Made by a program: the position numbers and the translations under genes. Below the pieces are notes generated by a model. It worked only from the letters and a program-made list of their open reading frames with translations. It did not search any database and was not told the origin of the DNA. A DNA stretch of 64,000 bases from positions 1 through 64,000 of the forward strand of contig JAXGZN010000002.1 of NCBI GenBank assembly GCA_040776945.1. The letters run 5' to 3'. Positions 1-11,700 of this stretch are shown here, piece after piece. The stretch comes from Methanomassiliicoccaceae archaeon (GTDB taxonomy: Archaea > Thermoplasmatota > Thermoplasmata > Methanomassiliicoccales > Methanomassiliicoccaceae). Each line of letters opens with the position of its first letter. Position 1 is the first letter of the stretch.

Positions 1-550
1 CGCACCCATAATAATTAGACTCTTTCCTTGTGTACTTTTCCTGATAGAACTGAGGTGGAAAAAGCGGGACTCTTGCCCGCGAAACCATCTGGCTCGACGA
101 TAGAATGCCGCGTTCACGGCACTAAGTCCTTCTCCAATGCGAACGTCGAGCCAAGAGATCGGGGCTCAAGCCCCCGATCATTCATCACAATTGAGCGGAC
201 GCACTCTCCCCTTTGGATGGTCACGTCTCTTATCCTTTCTATCCTCATAAAGAAGTAGAGAAAATATCGTTTTATCCTTTGGAGACTCACATTATTCCTC
301 ATTGGATTGTAACGAACGGTATTTTCCGAATATCATGAGAATATCGTTTATCGTTAGCTCACCTTTCACTTTCGCCCACCCCAGCCTGTAGGCTCGTCAG
401 GACTACATAATCTTTGGATCATGATGGCTGTCATCAATAAATGCGGCAATCACGGGCTCGAAGCAATGCATCCGTCAGTTATCAGGCTGTCAATCAATAA
501 ATAAACTTCAATCGTGATACCTGATCGGGGGGGTTAGTATCATACCGAAA

Positions 551-2104
551 TTGCCGTCCGATAAGCAGAGCAAGATACTGATTGTGCTGGTCGCAATCGT
601 CTTGGTCGTCTCAGCGGCCGGCGCCGCTGCCATCTTGATGAGCGACGGGTCGGCAAAGAGCTCACCGGCCGCGAACTTCGAAGCCGACATAACATCAGGG
701 GTCGCTCCGCTGACTATACATTTCACCGATCTCTCGACCGGCTCTCCGGACCAATGGCTCTGGGACTTCAACAACGACGGCAAAGTGGACTCGACCGAGC
801 AGAACCCGGAGCACACCTACACCGAGCCGGGCACCTACAGTGTCAAGCTGATAGCAAGCAACACATATGGCAGCGATGAGGAGGTAAAGGTCGACCTCAT
901 CGCGGTCTCCGCGGCGTCCTCCAATGTTCCGGTGGCGGACTTCTCTGCCTCCTCAAGGATGAGCGAGGCACCCCTCACGGCTAAGTTCACTGATCTCTCG
1001 ACTGGCTCCCCTGCTCAATGGCTCTGGGACTTCGGCGACGGGGGCACCAGCACCGCACAGAACCCCGAACACACCTACAGCACGCCTGGCACCTACACCG
1101 TCAAGCTCACGGCGAGCAACGCATATGGCAGCGATGCAGAGGTCAAGAGCGGTTACATCGTCGCGACCCCGGCTTCCACCCCTGCTGATCAATTCAGCTA
1201 CACCATCGATGGCGGAAATGTGACCATAACCAAATACAATGGACCAGGTGGTGACGTCATCATCCCGAGCACCATCGAAGGACTGCCGGTGAGGAGCATC
1301 GGCGAATACGCGTTCTATAACATTCAAACCTTGAGAACCGTCATGATACTGGACAGCGTGACCTCCATCAGTGATATGGCATTCTACTATTGCTACTACG
1401 TGACCTCGGTGACCATCGGCAATGGCGTTACTAGCATCGGTAATATGGCATTCCAATACTGCGGTGACATAACATCGCTGACAATAGGCAGCAGGGTGAC
1501 CACGATCGGCGATGCCGCGTTCTCCAGCTGCTCATCCCTGACCTCGGTGACCATACCGAACAGCGTGACGTACATGGGCAATGGCACGTTCTCATATTGC
1601 GGCTCCCTGACCTCGATAACAATCCCTAACAGCGTAACCAGCATTGGTGTTGAGACTTTCTATCATTGCGGCTCCCTCACCTCGGTGACCATCGGCAACG
1701 GAGTGAACCACATCGGCATGAGAATGTTTGAACGTTGCACCTCTCTGACCTCGATAACAATCCCGAGCAGCGTGACCAGCATCGGAAACAATGCTTTCAG
1801 CGAATGCTCGGCCTTGACGTCGGTAACCATACCGAACAGCGTCCTAGAGATTGGCAACAACGCATTCTACTCTGGTATGTCTCTGACCTCGGTGACCATC
1901 GGCAGCGGGGTAACCATCATCGGCGACGGTGTGTTCAGCGACTGTTACGCCCTGGCCTCAGTGACCTTCGAGGGCAACGCCCCCTCCGCCACATTCAACT
2001 GGGCACTTAATGTCCCCTCCACGATGATCGTGTACTACCATCCTGGGGCCACAGGCTTCACCAACCCATGGCGGGGGTTCCAGACCGTGCAGCTGCCCTC
2101 ATAA
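551..2104 (+). CDS. Surface protein: N-terminal membrane anchor, two PKD domains, BspA-type leucine-rich repeats
   Basis: Hydrophobic N-terminus; two WLWDF(N/G)..G...T.QNPEHTY PKD units; ~10 repeats of LTSVTIPNSVTSIG..AF..C. TTG start uncertain. Confidence 0.9.
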   Translation: MPSDKQSKILIVLVAIVLVVSAAGAAAILMSDGSAKSSPAANFEADITSGVAPLTIHFTDLSTGSPDQWLWDFNNDGKVDSTEQNPEHTYTEPGTYSVKLIASNTYGSDEEVKVDLIAVSAASSNVPVADFSASSRMSEAPLTAKFTDLSTGSPAQWLWDFGDGGTSTAQNPEHTYSTPGTYTVKLTASNAYGSDAEVKSGYIVATPASTPADQFSYTIDGGNVTITKYNGPGGDVIIPSTIEGLPVRSIGEYAFYNIQTLRTVMILDSVTSISDMAFYYCYYVTSVTIGNGVTSIGNMAFQYCGDITSLTIGSRVTTIGDAAFSSCSSLTSVTIPNSVTYMGNGTFSYCGSLTSITIPNSVTSIGVETFYHCGSLTSVTIGNGVNHIGMRMFERCTSLTSITIPSSVTSIGNNAFSECSALTSVTIPNSVLEIGNNAFYSGMSLTSVTIGSGVTIIGDGVFSDCYALASVTFEGNAPSATFNWALNVPSTMIVYYHPGATGFTNPWRGFQTVQLPS

Positions 2105-2261
2105 GTAAAAGTCCAACGGGGCGACCTCCTCCTCTTTCTTTGTATTTCCTCAAGATAGCTGATCAGCCCTGAAGGAAAAATCTCTTGACCAGATTCTCTG
2201 CCATTATTAGATGTCAATTTTCATATCCACACTATCGTCCACCCCGCCGGAAGGCACGTCA

Positions 2262-2513
2262 ATGGGCTTGTCCGATCGGACGATCACGCAGTTCGTCATC
2301 CGTGACTTAGAAGACAACGAGATCGGTCGAGCGAACGATGCTAGCTCCGCCTGGGACCATATAGAAGTGAAGTGGCCGGACGCCCGCGCCTGCGTGCTCG
2401 GCGGAACGTGGACCAAGGGGTGGACGAAGCTCCATCAACACTTGCAGGAAGGGGAGGCGCTGATCCTGAGGCTCGGGCGCCCGGTCAGGGGGGTGAGGAC
2501 CGAAGGAGAGTGA
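2262..2513 (+). CDS. Small hypothetical protein (83 aa)
   Basis: ATG at 2262 preceded by GGAAGG; protein-like composition; no family recognised. Confidence 0.5.
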   Translation: MGLSDRTITQFVIRDLEDNEIGRANDASSAWDHIEVKWPDARACVLGGTWTKGWTKLHQHLQEGEALILRLGRPVRGVRTEGE

Positions 2514-2653
2514 TAGGAGCCCGGGTGTGTTCGAAAGCACTCTGTAATATATAGCCCAGGGCCCCTGTCTGAGCGCAGAGCCGTCCCGTCCGCTTATGAA
2601 GCTTCTTTACATGATATAGGTCTTGATAGCTGGAACGCCCCGATTGGCATTAA

Positions 2654-3885
2654 TCAGAGCATCTTGAAGTACTCCTTGATCTTCTTAGCCATGAGCTTCC
2701 GCCGCTCGATCAAGAATCTAGGGTAATCGTCCAGCGTCATGTTCTCCACGCCGTCTGGGATGCAATGGCTGGCGAGATTCTCTTTCAGCTTCTCCAAATC
2801 GGTGATGTTTCCATAGCACTTGCCGCCCCCATGGCACTGATGCAACAGGTCGGAGAAGTATGCCCTTGGCTCTTTATTGCCAATGTGGATGTTGATCTCC
2901 GACTGAGCGATGACGTAGTTAGCTACCTGATTGTACTGCCCTCTGGACAAACCGCTCTTCTTTAGGTAATCCTTGGGGAACAGGTGGTGAACGTCGCCCT
3001 TGTTCTCTATGAGCTCTCTGACCTTGATGTCGTTTGACAGGAACCCGAGATCGTCCATCTTGATTTGGGCGGCCTTGAACACCGAGAAAGTCGGACTGGT
3101 GGAGACGGAGCTGTCGAGCTCCTGCGGAAGCCTGAATTCCCAGAATGCGTCGGAGAGCTGCCCATTAATTATCGAGCTCAGGTAGGTGTCGATGCCCTGC
3201 GCATGGATCTGCCTGATGTCGTGGTCGAAGGTCGATTCCGGCGATCCCGAGTACCGGCTGGTCAGCACCGCCATGACGAACCACCGACGGACGTGCCGCT
3301 CGATCTCCTCCGGTCGCATTTCCTGGGCCCTGAGCGTCAGGTACAGTATGTAGGCGGAATTTAGCGCATTCTGAGAAGTTATCATCGACGAATCCACGAA
3401 TCCGGCGGACTTGATGATCATTACGAATCGTTTGAAGTTGGTCTCGTTCATGAACCGGTCGATCCCCTGCCTCAAACGCAAGAACGATTCCTCCATGATC
3501 GACTCCTCGTACTGCTTGGTCTCGAAGTTGCGGCCTGACAGCAGCGCCACGAGGTCTTGCAGCTTGCCCCTCTTGAACTCCGAGGTGAACGCCACGCGGA
3601 GCATGTCGGTGTACGACGGGTCGTAGAGGTCGCTGTTGTCGTTCTTCAGCCAGGCCATGTGTTGGAAGAACTCGGTCTTTGAGAACGACGAATCGTTGGC
3701 CAGAACCTTGTAGAAGTCTGGCGCCACCGCAAGGTGACAGAAGTAGTCGATGGCCTTCCTCAAGGTGTTGCCGCCGTATGTCTCGTTCACGGCGATCTTG
3801 GACATCGCGAAATCGGCCTGGCTTAATGGGACGCCCTCGGAATTGACCCGGATGAATATTTCCGTCACCGTATCGATGTCGAGGT
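2654..3885 (-). pseudogene. 5'-truncated DUF262/GmrSD-like restriction protein (C-terminal part only)
   Basis: [25 protein letters not shown] (end of the DUF262 domain) and DVHHLFPK...NQVAN...N HNH-like DUF1524 motif; N-terminal DGQQR region absent. Confidence 0.8.
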
Positions 3886-5384
3886 ACGGGTTCGAGGTCG
3901 ACCCTGGGCACATGTGGATCTCCCAAACGCTGAACATGCATATCTTCCACATGCTGGGGAACGTCTCGGTGCACTCCGTAGACATGGACGTGGGCATCGC
4001 CCCCCGCGGCCTGGCGGGCGAGGCCTACCGCGGGCTGATCATGTGGGACGAGCTGTTCATATTCCCCTTCCTCAACCTCCATGGGCCGGACCTTACCCGG
4101 AGCCTTTTATTGTACCGTTACCGCCGCCTGCGGCAGGCCATGTGGGCCGCCTCGGCGGCCGGCCATGAGGGAGCGATGTTCCCCTGGATGAGCGGGAGCG
4201 ACGGTCGGGAGAGGGCGCAGACCTGGCACCTTAACCCCCTCTCCGGCAGGTGGGTCCCGGACAACAGCCGCCTGGAGCAGCATGTCGGCCTCGCCATTGC
4301 ATACAACGTGTGGCAGTACTACCAGGTGACCAACGACCTGAGCTTCATGTCCATGTACGGGACCGCTCTGCTGTGCGAGATCGCAAGGTTCTGGGTCAGC
4401 CGGTGCGACTACGACAAGGAGCGAGACAGGTACGTCATCCGGAAGGTCATGGGCCCGGACGAGTTCCACGAGGGATATCCTGGGACGGACGAGCCCGGCG
4501 TCGACAACAACGCTTACACCAACATAATGGCGTCGTGGGTCCTGGAGCGGGCCCGGGAGGCCCTGGGCAAACTGCCGCTGCAGTACCACCGCGACGTCCT
4601 CTCCGAGCTATCCCTGGACGACGAGGAGCTGGGACGGTGGAAGGAGATAGCCCGGAAGCTTTTCGTGCCGTTCCACGGCGACGGCATAATAAGTCAGTTC
4701 GAGGGCTATGATGACCTCAAGGACATCGACATCGAGAGGTACAGGGAGAAGTACCGCTCGCTGCACCGAATGGACCGCATACTGGAGGCAGAGGGGGACT
4801 CGATCCGGAACTACAAGCTGTCCAAGCAGGCCGACGCCCTCATGCTCCTATACCTGTTCTCCGAGGCCGAGCTCCGCGAGCACCTGGGCTACATGGGCTA
4901 TGCATTGACCCCGGAGGCGGTGCGGAGGACCATCGATTACTACGCGAAGCACACCGCCCACGGGTCCACGCTGAGCAGGGTGGTCTTCGCTTGGGTCCTC
5001 ACGAGATACAACCGGGAAGGGTCATGGGACCTGTTCTTGGAGGCGCTTAGGTCGGACATCTCGGACATCCAGGGCGGGACGACGCACGAGGGCGTGCACC
5101 TGGGGGCGATGGCCAGTACAGTGGACATCCTCCAGCGGGGCTACACCGGGCTGGAGACCAGGGGGGACGCCCTGCACTTCGATCCCCGCCTCCCGCAAGA
5201 GCTGAAGAGGCTCAAGTTCCGCCTGGAGTATCGGCGACACCTGCTGGAGCTGGACGTCGATAGGGAGATGATGAGGCTGTCGAGCCTCAGGAGCGACGTG
5301 GACCCGATATCCATCGGCTACCGTGGAAGGAAGCTCATCCTGGAGCCGGGCGGCACGGTGGAGGTCCTGCTTGAGCCTGATTAG
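3878..5384 (+). pseudogene. 5'-truncated glycoside hydrolase family 65 (trehalose/maltose/kojibiose phosphorylase-like)
   Basis: [34 protein letters not shown] and HGSTLS motifs; N-terminal domain missing; the first ~42 aa of the ORF are the antisense of the DUF262 gene. Confidence 0.85.
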
Positions 5385-6355
5385 GGCCGCATGCCGACCT
5401 GGGCCACGTATGCGGAGCCGTACTCATCGGGAATGTCCCCCACGCTCCATCCCACTGCCGTGGTCTCGCAATAGAAATACTCCTTCCCATCCAATTCATA
5501 GTACGTTCCGTACCCTCCGGCGACATCGATCCCGGCGGCAGCATGGCCATCGTACAGCAGGATGACCGCGTCGTACCCCATCGACTCCATGATCGAAGCG
5601 TACAGGAACGCCTTGTCCTCGCAGTCCCCCTGTTCGTCATAAAGCGTTTCCACCGGGAACCGCCAGTACTCGTCCTTGCTCACCGATATCTGGTCCTCTC
5701 GGTACTCGATGTTCTGCACGAACGAGAGAACGAAGTTGGCGGTCCTGAGGTCCGAGAAGCCTACAGTGTAGTTGCTGAGGGCGGCAGCGGCCTCCCGCAC
5801 CACGGGATCGTTAGGCGTTACGTACTCATCGCACATGCTCATCGCCTCCTCGATGGTATAGGCATATCTCTGGATCGGATCGCTGCGCGCCTGGTCGTAC
5901 AGCGAGCGGGGGATGGTGATGCTTATGCTGTACGTCCTCCCGTCATAGGTCCAGGTGAAGGTGCCATCGCCGCCCTTCCCTCCTCCGCCGCTCGAGAGCA
6001 GCCCGCTAGCGGCCACTACCGCTATGATCAGTACGGCCACGATGATCACCGCCATAATGAGGGCGGCGGAGCGGTCGGCACCCCTTTGCTGATAGTGAGG
6101 ATATGGCCGGTAGGCGGGACCGCCGGCCGCCGCGTCAATAAATGGCGGCGTCCAGGGGGTCTTCAGGTTCGTCCCGCAGTGCGCGCAGAAGGTGCTCGAC
6201 ATAGGTGCGGGGGATCCGCAGTTGGGACAGTAACGCTCCGTCCGAGGAGGCCCGGCCGGGGGGGCCTGGGCGGCTCCGCAGGAAGGGCAATACCCAGTTC
6301 CCTCCGTGATCGCGATCCCGCAATATGGGCATCCCCTCGCTCCTTGTCCAGCCAT
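5381..6355 (-). CDS. Double zinc-ribbon, single-TM, transglutaminase-like protein
   Basis: Four CxxC pairs, TM helix, GDCED / GHAA / YCETT putative catalytic triad. Confidence 0.85.
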   Translation of the reverse strand: MAGQGARGCPYCGIAITEGTGYCPSCGAAQAPPAGPPRTERYCPNCGSPAPMSSTFCAHCGTNLKTPWTPPFIDAAAGGPAYRPYPHYQQRGADRSAALIMAVIIVAVLIIAVVAASGLLSSGGGGKGGDGTFTWTYDGRTYSISITIPRSLYDQARSDPIQRYAYTIEEAMSMCDEYVTPNDPVVREAAAALSNYTVGFSDLRTANFVLSFVQNIEYREDQISVSKDEYWRFPVETLYDEQGDCEDKAFLYASIMESMGYDAVILLYDGHAAAGIDVAGGYGTYYELDGKEYFYCETTAVGWSVGDIPDEYGSAYVAQVGMRP

Positions 6356-6434
6356 TCTAGCGGTCCCGCCCATGGCGGTTTGGATATTTAATTCTGGAGA
6401 GAAGAGCGCTCACGAGAAGGTCCGAGGCCCGGCA

Positions 6435-6625
6435 GAAGAAGGAATGGGTTTCAGGGGCCCCGGATGTGGTCAGGGCCCCTACGGTCAGGCATTTGTCAAG
6501 TCCTTCAATCTTTGATCAGCCCCCCGTCGCCGCCCCGTCCGGCGGTTCATGCCGAGATCGAGAGAATGGAGGGACCCTCGATCCGGGTTTCCCGCCGGCG
6601 TTGCGGCCTGCGCCGTTTACGGACA
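6435..6625 (-). ncRNA. Candidate structured non-coding RNA
   Basis: Nested stems 6539-6545/6592-6598 and 6556-6562/6577-6583; 8-bp stem 6453-6460/6473-6480 followed by a pyrimidine tract on the minus strand; AT-rich promoter-like block at 6640-6656. Confidence 0.35.
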
Positions 6626-6958
6626 TACTAGTGGAACTTCATATTAAAATATATTTCGGTTAATGATAACATCTATCGGTCCGCCTAGGGGGCCGCCGTG
6701 CCTAGGCGAGCGCGCCGCCCGCTGGCCGACCGCATGCCTTGCTTGCCTCCCGCTCGCTCTGCTGGATAACGCGAACTTTCGGCTTTGGAACGGCATTTGG
6801 CGAGAGGGAGAACCGAAAGGGACGGGCGCCATGCAGGGGGCGATGATCTCATTCTCATTTTTTGATAATGACGTTGGCGCCGTCGATCGGAAATGCAGGA
6901 CGCGGGAACGTTCCGGGTAAGTATTATCTAAAATGATTGCATCCTCAAGGCCGTAGGG

Positions 6959-8575
6959 ATGGACATGCGCCTAAACAAAGCAGTATCATGCATCATGATC
7001 GCAGCGATGCTGGTGATGGTGGCAACGTTATTCACCATGCCGGTCTCCGCGCAGGTGTTCTGGTATGATGACGCCACAATGACGTTCGAACCGGCCGAAC
7101 TGTTCCCCGGCGAGACATATTCCGCCAAGTATACGCTCGACATCAGCGAAGTACCGGAGGGCGTGACGAAGCTTGACATAAGCTCCGTCTGGATCCAGTA
7201 CAAATGGGAAGCCATTCCTCATGACATTTTGGTGAGTTCCGGACCTAGGACCATCAGTTCGTTCCCGGCCCACTTGGTCTTCACGAGCGACGTGGTGGTG
7301 GGGGACCTGGCCAATGGGGACTACTCTGTCAACGCCACAGTATGGGCGTATGCCAACGGGAATCCCTCGGACCTTCAAACCCACACCTTCACCGGAACGG
7401 TCAAGGTCAACGATCCCATAGCCTTCGATGAGATAACTGTCGATCCAAAAACCGGTCTCGCCCCACAAGAAGTTGCCTTCGGTGTGACCGCTAGCGGCGG
7501 CAGCGGGGAATACATATATTCATGGAACTTCGGTGACGGTAGCGCCACCTCGACCCAGAGGAACCCCGCTCACACCTACACCACCGGAGGCACCTACACC
7601 GCAACGGTAACCGTGACCGACAGCCTCGGGCGGAGCGCTTCGGCGCAGACCGCCCCGATCACCATCGCACCCGGGATCACCGTGAACATCACCGCTCAGC
7701 CGTTGTCCGGTCCCTTCCCCCTGAGCGTCACCTTCAACAGCAGCGTTGCCAACGCAGCGTCCGGCGGCCTGACCTATGCGTGGTCCTTCGGCGACGGCGG
7801 GACAAGCAATGAGATCGCTCCGACGCACACCTACACCAAGGCGGGCAACTACAGCGTGACGCTCAAGGTGACCGACTCCCGGAACCGATCGGGGACATCC
7901 GGCCCCCTGGCCATCCGCGTCACCGCCTCGGTGACCCCGATAGCTAGGATCAGCGCGAGCGTTGAATCGGGACAAGGTCCCCTTAGCGTGGACTTCACAA
8001 GCACGGTGGAGGGGGGGACGCTCCCGTACGAGTACCTGTGGAACTTCGGCGATGGTTCGACGAGCACAGAAACGAACCCCTCGCACACCTATACCGATCC
8101 GGGGATGTACGTGGTCTGGCTGGAGGTGACCGATTCCGCGAGCAAGACCAACCGGTCGACCGAGCTCACCATCACCGTGGAATCGGACACCACCATGGAG
8201 GTCGTGATCGCCGCCAGCAACGTTACTGGAACGGTGCCGATGACGGTAAGCTTCAACAGCACGATCCTCAACGGCACCGCGCCGTTCTTCTACCGTTGGT
8301 CGTTCGGGGACGGGGTGAACAGCACCCAGGCAAACCCTACGCATACATATGAGAAGGCCGGAACGTACAAGGTGACGCTGACCGTGACCGATTCGAACTC
8401 GAACGTCACCATAGCCCATGTCGGCGCGGGGGAGGCCAAGAACATCACCATAGTGGTGACCGAACCCGAGGCCGAAGCGCTCCCGTCATGGGTATGGATA
8501 TGGTCCGCGACCGCGGTGATCATCGCCGCAGTGGGCGCGGCGGGCTTCCTGATGATGAGGCGCCAAAGGAAGTGA
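6959..8575 (+). CDS. Secreted multi-PKD-domain surface protein with C-terminal TM anchor
   Basis: Signal peptide, four W(N/S)FGDG...P.HTY PKD repeats, C-terminal TM plus basic tail RRQRK. Confidence 0.9.
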   Translation: MDMRLNKAVSCIMIAAMLVMVATLFTMPVSAQVFWYDDATMTFEPAELFPGETYSAKYTLDISEVPEGVTKLDISSVWIQYKWEAIPHDILVSSGPRTISSFPAHLVFTSDVVVGDLANGDYSVNATVWAYANGNPSDLQTHTFTGTVKVNDPIAFDEITVDPKTGLAPQEVAFGVTASGGSGEYIYSWNFGDGSATSTQRNPAHTYTTGGTYTATVTVTDSLGRSASAQTAPITIAPGITVNITAQPLSGPFPLSVTFNSSVANAASGGLTYAWSFGDGGTSNEIAPTHTYTKAGNYSVTLKVTDSRNRSGTSGPLAIRVTASVTPIARISASVESGQGPLSVDFTSTVEGGTLPYEYLWNFGDGSTSTETNPSHTYTDPGMYVVWLEVTDSASKTNRSTELTITVESDTTMEVVIAASNVTGTVPMTVSFNSTILNGTAPFFYRWSFGDGVNSTQANPTHTYEKAGTYKVTLTVTDSNSNVTIAHVGAGEAKNITIVVTEPEAEALPSWVWIWSATAVIIAAVGAAGFLMMRRQRK

Positions 8576-8701
8576 GCGAAGAACAAGGCCGTGGACGGGG
8601 CCTCGCGCCCCGTCCCTTTTCCACAACCGGTTAATAGCCGGGGCGGTCTTTCCCTTTCGACATCGTAAGGAGGGGGAAGGACGTCCGGCCCGAAGCGCCA
8701 G

Positions 8702-11700
8702 GTGGTCGTCACCGACATAGGCGAATATATAAATCAGCACGGGTGCGAGCGAAGCTTCAAGCTACGCATCAACAAGGCCGAGATCGCCCGACGGTTCCCC
8801 TTCTACGGTCAGGTGCGAAGCCCGCTGAACCCCATCCTCGCTGCCCGCGGCCGGGAGCGGGAGAGCGAGCTCCAAGGGTCGATAGGCGCAAGGGTACCAA
8901 TCCTCGAAAGCGGCAATGGACCGGAGGGCCGCATGACCTGGTCCGAGCTCTTGCGGCGACTGGCCGGCCTTCAGGAAGGCGAGGAGCGGTTCGCCCGGGA
9001 GGTGGAGATCGAAGGGGAGGTGGGCGAGTTCTCCCTGTTCGGCCGCATGGACTTCGTCATCCTCAGATGGTCGGACGGAGCGCCCCGGCTGCGCATCGTC
9101 GAATGCAAGGCCAGCAGAAGGGACAGGACATACCACCGCGTGCAGCTCGCAGCCTACCGTGTCCTGGTCTCCGAGGCCCTCGGGAAGGACGGGGTGGTCA
9201 TCGGGGGCAAGCTGCATCGCAACATCGTCCTGGAGTCCGTGGTGGCCCGCATCGACGAGGATACCAACGAGGTGCAGGACGCGCTCACCGCTCCGTCCCT
9301 GGACCTTGAGCAGGAGATGGAGGACCTGCGCAGACTGCTTGCTGCCGACGGTCCGCTGGCGCGGATCGATTCCATGGACCTCGATGAGCTGAGCTACAGC
9401 CTCGACCCCAAATGCGATGCCTGCGTGCACTGCCCCATCTGCCTGCCGGAGAGCGCCAGGCAGCGCCGTTTGGAGCTCCTCGGCATCGACACCGTGACCG
9501 CTCGCGCGCTCCGCCACGCCGGGATCGGGGACCTGGACGCTTTGGCCGACCTCGATCCCCGCGGGCGGGAGGCCCGATCGCTTCGGGGCACGGTCGGCTT
9601 CACATCCGACCTCGATGACCTGATCGGCAGGGCCAAGGCCCGCCGCTCCACGCTCGCCGGCCGGAAAGAGGGGGACTGGGAGGTCATGCCCAAGAAGCAC
9701 TCCGGCCCCGGGCTTCTGCCCGCGCATGAGCATGGCGGACTGCGGCTGGTCAGGGTTTTCCTGGACGTCGAGTACGATTACATCGAGGACCGGCTGGTCG
9801 GCCTGGCCGCCCACGTCACGGACAGCGAGATGTCCCTCAAGACCCCGATGTCCGACCGGACCCCCTCGGCCCAACTGACGGAGGTGTCGGAGAACGGCAG
9901 CGAGCGTACAATGCGGGCCGAGGAGGTGGTGCGTCTCGTCACCTTCCCGTGGTCGGGGAACGTGGACGATGACGACGAGGCCGAAGGCTCCATGCTCAGG
10001 GCGTTCTTCCTCGATCTCGTCGCCGCCATCGTCCGTGTCGGAGGAAGAGGGGAGCGCCCGCTGCACTTCTACACATGGTCGATGGGGGACATGGAGCACC
10101 TCATCGACGCATGCTACCGGACAGGAGGCAGCGCGCTGCGCGACCTCACCGAGCTTTTGGGATGCCGTGCGGAATGCCGTGCCGACCTGGAGCAGATGAT
10201 AGTCACCTCGTTGAGGGACGAGATCGACGAGAAGGTGATGCTCGGCTACACAGGCCTGAGCCCCGCGATCGCAACATCTCTTGCTTGGTTCGGCAGGCCG
10301 CGCTTCCATTGGACCAGGATGGTGGGCGGCGAGCCGATAGACCTGTCAAGGACGTTCCGCCGCGACATCTTCGATTTCCGGACCGCCCTGCACACGTCGC
10401 CGGAAGGCGAATGGAGCGAGCGCGGGGCCCCTGGGGCGGTCTTAAACTACTACGAGGTCCGGGCCCGCCACAGCTCCGACGTTAGCTCGCCGTATTGGTA
10501 TGCCATGTGGGGCATCCTGCCTCCGCCCTCGGGAAGGGACAACATGCTTCCCCGGGCGCTCGATGACTACCGGCGCGGGGGCACCGCGATCTTGATCTCC
10601 TCCTTCCTGGTGGCCAAGTGCCAGGCGCTGCGCTGGCTGGAGGAGCGGCTCTTCACCACCGGCAGCATTTCCAAGCCCCCGGTGCCGTTGGACCGCCTCG
10701 ACGGGATCGGCGACAGGTTCGCGTCCCGTTACAGCATCGTCGACGCCTCCCTGGACTTCCTGAGGCTCGACCATCACGCCAAGAGGGCGGAGTGGCTGAT
10801 CGAGGCTGCCCACTCCCCGGCCTCCAGGGTCGCCGACGGCACCTGCCTTCCTCTTCGGGACCTCAGCCTGTTCTATGACCGGGAGGGGACCCATGTCGCC
10901 GGCACCCTGGACCTGGAGAGGTTCTCCATGGACAAGGGCGCCTACTTCGCATCGAGCGCGATGGAGGAAGGAGGCTATGTTCGGATCGTCCCCTACTCCG
11001 GGGACATCGAGAGGGCACCCAGCATCGGAGACCTGCTGAGGCGAGGAGCCACCGCGAAGATCGACGTTCTGGTCCCGGACCTCGACGCCTTCGAGGCCAC
11101 CATCCGGGAGCACTCTCACCGAGGGGGGCCTGCGGAGCATTACGTGTTGCCGTCCCAGAGGGAGTCCATGGACGGCGCGAGGTACGCCCTGGCGGGGGAC
11201 AGCCTAAGCGATTTCGTCCACTCCCGGGTGGACAGATGGCTAAGCGAGCATTCCGATTCCCCCACTGCCCGGTGGTTCGACCCCGCCGCTCCAGCGGTGC
11301 CCTCGCGCGGGAGACCGCCGGAAGGGCTCATCGCCAGATGGCGGTCCGTGCTCAAGGAGCTGAGACTGGGCGATAGGCGGCTGGACGATGTGCAGGTGGA
11401 GGCCTGCCTGGACGGGCTGTCGTGCACTGTCCAGCTCCTGCTCGGCCCTCCTGGGACAGGGAAGACCAACACCGCCGCGGCGGCGATCATGCTCAGGCTG
11501 GCCTCGAGGCCGGAGCGGAAGCTGTTCTTCCTGTCGGCGAGCACCCATACCGCGGTCAACGAGCTGACCTCGAGGATCAGGGAGATCGTGCCTAGCTTCC
11601 GGAAGGCGGCGGACGAGGCTGGGATGGCGTACAACGTGCCGGCCGTGCTCCGCCTGTCGTCCGACGAGAGGGCAGAGGGGGAGAGCGTGTGCACCGAGAA

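Noticed and set aside
1-500. Short ORFs 28-258 and 114-302
   Set aside because: Low-GC region with no SD or motif support.
1260-1980. Tandem ~69-bp DNA repeats as an array or diversity-generating element
   Set aside because: They are the coding repeats of BspA-type LRRs; no reverse transcriptase or template repeat seen.
3750-3997. ORF-track N-termini of the 447-aa and 544-aa ORFs as a real overlapping gene pair
   Set aside because: Each extension is the antisense of the other truncated gene across the junction.
8762-10309. Long antisense ORFs (also 14384-16060, 27828-29090, 26206-27357, 34144-35127)
   Set aside because: Shadow ORFs from high GC3 codon bias opposite well-supported genes; no motifs.
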